A stretch of DNA of 64,000 nt from Tubiluchus corallicola (taxonomy: Eukaryota > Animalia > Priapulida): NCBI GenBank assembly GCA_030141605.1, contig JAQGDQ010000225.1:62001-126000 (forward strand), written 5' to 3'. Under the pieces are notes generated by a model, which searched no databases, had not been told where the DNA came from, and saw only the letters and a list, made by a program, of their open reading frames with translations. Both the position numbers and the translations under genes were made by a program. Shown here one piece after another: positions 57,801-64,000 of this stretch. Numbering within the stretch: the stretch's first letter is position 1; every line of letters begins with the position of its first letter.

Positions 57801-60800
57801 ACTGATTTGATTTGGATTTTAATATTTGATTGATTTATTTCTGGTCAACGATTTTTTTCCAGCTGCCGTTGCAAATCAACTGTATTACCAATATTATTTT
57901 CTACATATTTCTGTGAATTCCACAAAAATCCGTCCAAAAAAAAGATGTCATTACGGAAAAATGAAGCAGTATGGCATTACCTTTGCACAGCATCTTAGCA
58001 TGCTGGCACTGCTACTTAAACACAAAATTTCTCAAAAACATGAACAGAAAAATGCAGAAATGTTACCTGTTTTGATAGCGTAGTCTAGACATTCCCAGGT
58101 GACCTTTACTAGCTTTTTACTGGCTTCGTCTGGCTTTCCAACAAAGAATGTCTCGTTGACATCACCGTGGAAGCCATTATGATAAACTGTGATGTCGGCT
58201 AATAATATAAAAATAATGTTATAAAATTTCGAAAATTGTATTAAAAATCATGCTGTTTTAAGTACATTTTTACACAGTTCGGTATACTGCAAAAGAGGCT
58301 CCAATATTTCACAATAGGACCTACTATTAACATTCAAAGGTTGTGGCAGAATCTAGTTAATCCTTGAGAATAACTTTTTAAAAAGAGATGCTAAACTAGC
58401 AGAGAAATCAGCCACATTTTGACAGTCATCAACACCATTTCTCAGCAAGAGAAATAGCTGAAATGCAATACAGCAGCTGAAACCATAGGTGGCGATCACT
58501 TATCTACATACTTACCAATCCTAACACTGTTTTAATTTAGAGACAAGGCACAAAAGTAACCACTCAATTATCTTCCTTGCCAAAGAATAATACTGTACCA
58601 AAATGTTAAAGGCAGAGCTCTTCCTTGGGCTTGTTAGGAAATTTAGGTCAACATACTTGTAGAAAAAAATTACTTAAATTGAGATGAGATTTGTATGCGG
58701 AAAATTTTTTCCTCACATCTTGACTATAGTCAATATCCCAGTATGCATTGACAATAAACGTACGTACCATTGACAATATCCCCGTCTTGTAGAGGACGTT
58801 TGTCTGGTATGCCATGACAAATCACTTCATTCACTGAACTGAAAGAGAAATTATTTTTACATTTCAACACCTTACTTTTAATCAGTTTTATTCGAAATTA
58901 CTTTTCTTGTTATTTTTTAAAGCAAAAGTATCTACGTATCTAATAAGTTAAACGAGCATTAGCTAATTTTACGTGAAAATAGTTCATTTTCATACAAGCA
59001 TCTAAAATGAAATTTTGTAACAACTTTCATCAAAAATTAGTATCAGACATTCTTTTATAAACAGTTTTCTTTATTTCACTGCACATTTCTATTAAATTTG
59101 ACTTTCATATAAAACAATTTTAGCCTAATGTAAAAACCAAGAGTGCAAAACTACAACATTCTTATTCAACTCAAGTCATTTGGCAATGAAATGGTTTAAT
59201 TAAAGTTTATTTCGAAAAACTTACGTGCAGCAAGACTTTGGAAACTGATAATAATTCAACGGTGATGGGTAACAGTCTCTGTCTATAGTTGCCTGCAAAA
59301 TTTCACATAGAATTTCGATAAGCATTGCTAGCAAAAACCTTAACAATAAAAGTAAATTTCCTGCATCACAAACTCAGTCAAGACTCGTCTTCGATATGCT
59401 TATTTTCCGGCTATAGCAAAATGTACGCATTTTATTGAAATAACAAGCTTAAGAATGACTTCAATTACCTTATATGCAAACCTACTTGAAAGGTGAACTT
59501 GGCGGTGAATGAAGTGAAAGAATGAAATGTGTGCTTGCTCGGAAGTTGGCAGTTAAGCTTTTTTAGTTGTTCACACATCCTAAATCTTTATTTCATGAGT
59601 ATCATTTTGGTATAAATTTCATTGCTCTATGTTATTCCCAACCCGAGATAATCCAAGTTGAAACTGAGGTGCATGCTGCACACTGAAAAACATAATCTTG
59701 AGATAATCGCTGTTAAAGTTTGTAGTTGTTTTTGATATCATGTTTAAAACCCCGTAGATGGCCCTTACAAACGAAGATCTGGGCTTGGCAACAGAAAAAA
59801 TACAGGTTTTTAGGCACAGTGGGTAAAGAGTTATAAAATTAATATTTTTGTATTTTCTAAACAATTTCCTGACGTTTTGATTCTAGGATATAGAAGTTCA
59901 ATATATTTAGCATTTCTTTTGTAAAAAACAAAAAATTGATATTTGACCCAATTTTTGGTGCATTCTACTTTGAAGCATCATAACGCAGTTTTAACTATGC
60001 CGACTTGTCGACGGTTTTGGTTTGCAAGCACATATAACACATAGATGAAATAAAATTTGAAGTTGCGTTTAAAAATCACTAATTTAATCTTTAACAAGAA
60101 TGACAAACACAGATAAGGTGTCGCAAACGCCTCATAACGAAACACTGGCTCAGAAGAATCAACATGCCACTTTAGTTCCTCTAAACAAGTAAACATTTCT
60201 CTAAACAAAGCAAACTTAAAATGGAAATTCAATAATACTATAAATCTGTGTGATTTATATGTTTATTATGACAGTATGTAACTTTTCTGCTTTGTTAAAA
60301 TAACTAAGTAAATCAATCAACTAGTCCCTCAAGCATTAAATAAACACTTATTGTATAATGTATCATACATACCTCGTGCACGAGCCTGTCAATTTCCTCC
60401 GTCGTCACACCGACCTCAACTGCAGCAGCAGCAACGTCTAAAACTTCACGCCCCAACTGAAATATGAAAAAAAGTATTACAAGAAATATAAAAAAATTAA
60501 GAAAACATTACAATAGCAAAGATATAAATAAGAAGCCACAACTTTGTGCACATCAACTAAATGTTAAATATAGATGCAGTGGTTCCGTACCACGTGCTGT
60601 TTAACAACAGCTATAATTTTGTAGTAGACATTGGATCCGACACCTGTGTGTGTGGGTCGCTGAGAGCTGATCTACTCGTTGCATTTGCTGCATCTTTTGG
60701 TATGTCATTAAAACATTTTAAATTTTTCCATCACTCACACATCGGTGTCAGCTCAGTAAACACATATTCGGCATCTTGCCTTGCAAGACTAGAAGAACTA

Positions 60801-63792
60801 GTCTTCTGTGATTTATTTGCTGTAATTTACTGTGATTTACTGTCCATGAATGCTGCACTGATTTTGCTGAATACTGTGATGAAACGATGGTGTTGTTTGT
60901 AGTTGTTACAGGTTATGCTGTAAAATATGTTTATAGTTGATGAATAAAATTCTGAACTAACACTGACTCGTTTGCTTTTAGTAGTGAGACATTTGTCAGA
61001 AACCTGATGTGTATACCTAGCAAAGAGTACAAACTGCAACATTAGCAGTTTTCTTAAGAATGGAAATATCAGCATGACCTCTGAGAAGATGTGAGAATTG
61101 CACAGCTGCAAGTAGACGGTAGTATGTACTCTACTAGTCAGTAAATACTGATCGCTTATAATACCAATTAAGCAATTTATTTCACTTTGGTTGTGTGAGG
61201 AAGACACCAAAAGTAAAAATAAACAGATCAATGCAAGAAAATGATTGCGTTTTAAGTTCTTAATTACTTTTGAAAGTTGGCCATCAAAGTTGTTCTGTGA
61301 CATTGAGTAGCAGTGAATTACATTATTCACATGCCCAAAATGATGCTATGAACAACAGACGCACACAATTATTAACAGTTTGCTTTATAGTATAATAGAT
61401 ATAATATCTGCCTCAAGCTAATTAGAATAACACTACAAAATGGAGCACATGTAGAATAGAAGGTGCAGGTAATAAGAGACATAAGAAGAAGTATCTAAAA
61501 CTGCTGATTCGAACCTTGCATGCTGCCCTCAATCCTTCTTGATCTTCGTCTGATAATTGTTTTATGTATGATGATCCTCGTGCTTCCAACTCACTAAACG
61601 GAGTACCTGGAGATGTGGAAAAAACAATAAACAAACAAACAATACTGAATCTGCGTAAATGCTCTTGTTCAGCTAATAAGTAAGGTTATGTTTGTAACCG
61701 CATAAAGTTGGTTGCTACCTGGGGTCCACTGATTAACCAAACTACAGTAGTGGCTACTTAATAAAACCACCGCAGGACCACGAATAATAGGTTTTAACGA
61801 ATGATGGTTTTATTATACACAGGCCTGTTATAAGAATGTGTATTTGCCAAAAAACAGTACACAAATGCTTCGTCCTAATTAATATTAAATGACAATAAAA
61901 ATATGAGGCAATCAGCTCACTCGCATGCTAGCTGAATGAGCGAAATAAGGATTCATTTCATTCAACAGACTAACATGTACTTTAACAGCTGTACATGCAG
62001 AGCTGAACAAGAAGAAGGAATTAACTTTAACTTTCGGCATGACTTTGACCTAAGAAGAAGTAAATCTAGGAAATGAAATTTAAATTCTACTGTGCATCTT
62101 AAAAAACAGGCATCAAAAAGATAAGCAAAATGTTCAGCCATCTATCCAGGTCATACATTCCTTAACCTTTTCAATGCTATGTACAGTAACGTCAAAGTGT
62201 AAAGAACAAAAAATTCTGTTTCTGAAATAACATAACTACAGTCATAATCAGCCCAGTAGATTTGCTACAGTCACTGTCTCAACAGACGAATTTTGAAGAA
62301 TCTGAATGATTTAAATTTTTAGCACATCATGAGATGAGACAAAAAACACATTTAAAAACTAAAGTGTGCATGATGGTGCCACCTAGCTTAAAATTACAGT
62401 GCAGAAATTGTTGACTGATAATAAAAATCTGTAGTTAGCTTTTGATGGTAGAACATGTTCTAGAATACAAATATTTCTGTAGTCTGTAACATGACATCCA
62501 TTTCGCTCCCACAATCATGGAAAAAAATTCTGTAATTGTAGTGGACACTCTCTTATGTCTGTCAGATAAAAAAATGACCAGTTTTTTTTAAATAGTTCCC
62601 ACTTAAAAAGACAACCTTGTATTGTTCATTTTACATTTTTTGCCAGGCATATTTCAACAGTAATCAGTAGTATGCAAGAAATCAGTGCTTAAATACTAAT
62701 GCTGATATAGGTAATTGTCAACTTAGTACTACAATTCTGGCAAATTGGCATGTTCTAGTGGTGCAGCCTTACACATAAGATGGTATCTGTATATGTGCAC
62801 TAAGCATGGCGGAACGAACGGATGAATTCGGCGCGACAGACAGCGATTTAAAATTATTAGTCATTATTATGAGTTATTATTAGTTGTGTATAATTCATTA
62901 ATTAAGTTGAGGTCGAGTCGAACAGTTGTAAGTTGCATCGATTCGTAAAATCGAGCAGTTCATAAGTTGCATCGAGCCGTAAAATCAAACAGTCGTAAGT
63001 TGCATAGGTCAAAAGTCTATGACTACCTATACTGTTAAATTTCTAAATCCTAAACTATAGTGTTTATTTTAAACTTTATCGTATTTATTTACCTTTAGCA
63101 TCTTCAGCATAATCAGGTCTTGCAATGTGATCAGGAACTTGTCTCTTCGGAGTCTGAAAATATTTCTTATAGATATATTCCCCTACCTTAAATAAATTTT
63201 TCTGATAAATCATACATATTCTAGAATGCTATATCTTACTTGCGTACTGTGGTGTGGCAGGGTTAGAACCTAGCTCTTCATTATCACCGATGAGACGAAA
63301 CACTGAACCAGTAGAGGTGTCTTAGCCGTATTCGGATGTTTGTACATTTTTCCTTGACAAGACAAATAACGGCAGGTGGAAAAAACTCGGAAGCAACGAT
63401 TTTAGGTGTCATCTATACATATACTGGCCAGTTCTCGCATTATTTAATCTTGGTCACTAAGCACACGCCACCACCACCACCTGCCTTTCATTTATCAAAT
63501 TTAAATTCGGGTTCAAGCTTACTTTCACGAACACTGGTCAGGTTCTGCCTGAATACCCGGGTTGTAGTGTGCATGGGGTGTGCGAACTTAACAAGTCAAT
63601 GTTGTCTTGATTTCATCTCTTTCCCTATTATTACCTGTAGATTCAGTTATTTCCAAAATTACAAAACCAAACGTTTCAGGTTAAATCATTGTAATAAAGT
63701 AGAAGTAGTACATACCACGGGCCATGGTCGCAGCTTTCCCGTAAAAACAAATTCTGGCCATGGGTCGTATAGTGTGCCCTGGTTACTGGTTG
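51880..63792 (-). CDS. METAP1: Methionine aminopeptidase 1 (5' exons lie beyond the window end), 11 visible exons
   Basis: Exons in transcript order: 63792-63716, 63153-63093, 61606-61515, 60456-60373, 59292-59225, 58838-58768, 58198-58067, 56038-55933, 55341-55304, 53430-53365, 52055-51880. Peptides [75 protein letters not shown]. Confidence 0.96.
52244..52460 (-). repeat. Dispersed repeat ending in TTAA, copy 3 (METAP1 last intron)
   Basis: The reverse complement aligns with 19930-20177 and 22770-23038. Confidence 0.6.
52577..53188. mobile_element. TcMar (pogo/Tigger-like) MITE, long copy 3
   Basis: cagtcaaacctctttata...cattataacaagtttgactg-TA; same termini as 1440-1611. Confidence 0.75.
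53477..53940. mobile_element. hAT-type MITE (GCGTAGC terminus)
   Basis: Degenerate TIR agcgtagc/gctacaacactg; subterminal agggggaac/gttccccct; flanks gctcacac/tctcatac (6/8). Confidence 0.55.
55603..55971. repeat. Tandem duplication (183 + 186 bp) covering a METAP1 exon 3' end and splice donor
   Basis: 55603-55785 and 55786-55971 are near-identical by eye. Confidence 0.92.
57230..57660 (-). mobile_element. RTE-like LINE 3' remnant
   Basis: Minus-strand [24 protein letters not shown] matches the RTE-clade 'RW.GHV.R' C-terminal motif. Confidence 0.65.
62915..63010. repeat. Short ~32-bp tandem repeat (2-3 copies)
   Basis: taagttgcatcga..cgtaaaatc...cagt repeated. Confidence 0.6.
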
Positions 63793-64000
63793 CTAAAAAA
63801 CGAAAACTCAAGTTGGTGACAGTCCAACGAAAAATAATAAGGTTAATGCAGCCATCTTATATAATGGCTGCATATGAATACAAGTTAACAATGACAAATT
63901 GTGTTTAAAGCATTTGCTTTAAATTAGAATGAGCTAATATGTTAATCCAAACCATCTAGTAAATGTTTGTGTACCATTCAATTGAAGATCATAATTTTCG

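Noticed and set aside
60561-61330. Opposing 113-aa and 167-aa ORFs in a METAP1 intron
   Set aside because: No domain recognised; the frame is broken by stops and METAP1 splices cleanly around it.
63245-63330. tRNA-like B-box (ggttctaacc) on the minus strand
   Set aside because: No cloverleaf can be folded; at most a SINE relic.
63336-63908. 190-aa plus-strand ORF
   Set aside because: Antisense to a METAP1 exon and intron, with no recognisable domain.

Overview
AT-rich, intron-rich eukaryotic DNA, most likely from an invertebrate animal; I cannot name the taxon. Manual GT-AG splice reconstruction gives four genes. (1) PIH1D2 (+, 4 coding exons, 2363-7603, ~365 aa). (2) TBC1D23 (+, 15 exons, 10337-26884, ~683 aa). 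(3) A POGZ/ZNF280/Row-like C2H2 zinc-finger gene (-, 12 coding exons, 43741-29885, ~2090 aa). Its 4.7-kb last exon carries four Brinker/pogo-type HTH repeats and no recognisable DDE domain. (4) METAP1 (-, 11 visible exons, 63792-51880; 5' end outside the window). Introns and intergenic DNA hold decayed LINEs, an internally deleted hAT (Blackjack-like) transposon with a perfect 8-bp TSD, many MITEs and minisatellites. The best leads are the POGZ-ZnF + 4xHTH architecture, a six-UGA Cys/His/basic frame just downstream of PIH1D2 (selenoprotein hypothesis unproven, no convincing SECIS), and a tandem duplication of a METAP1 exon end plus its splice donor. Homology calls come from recalled protein families, not database searches.
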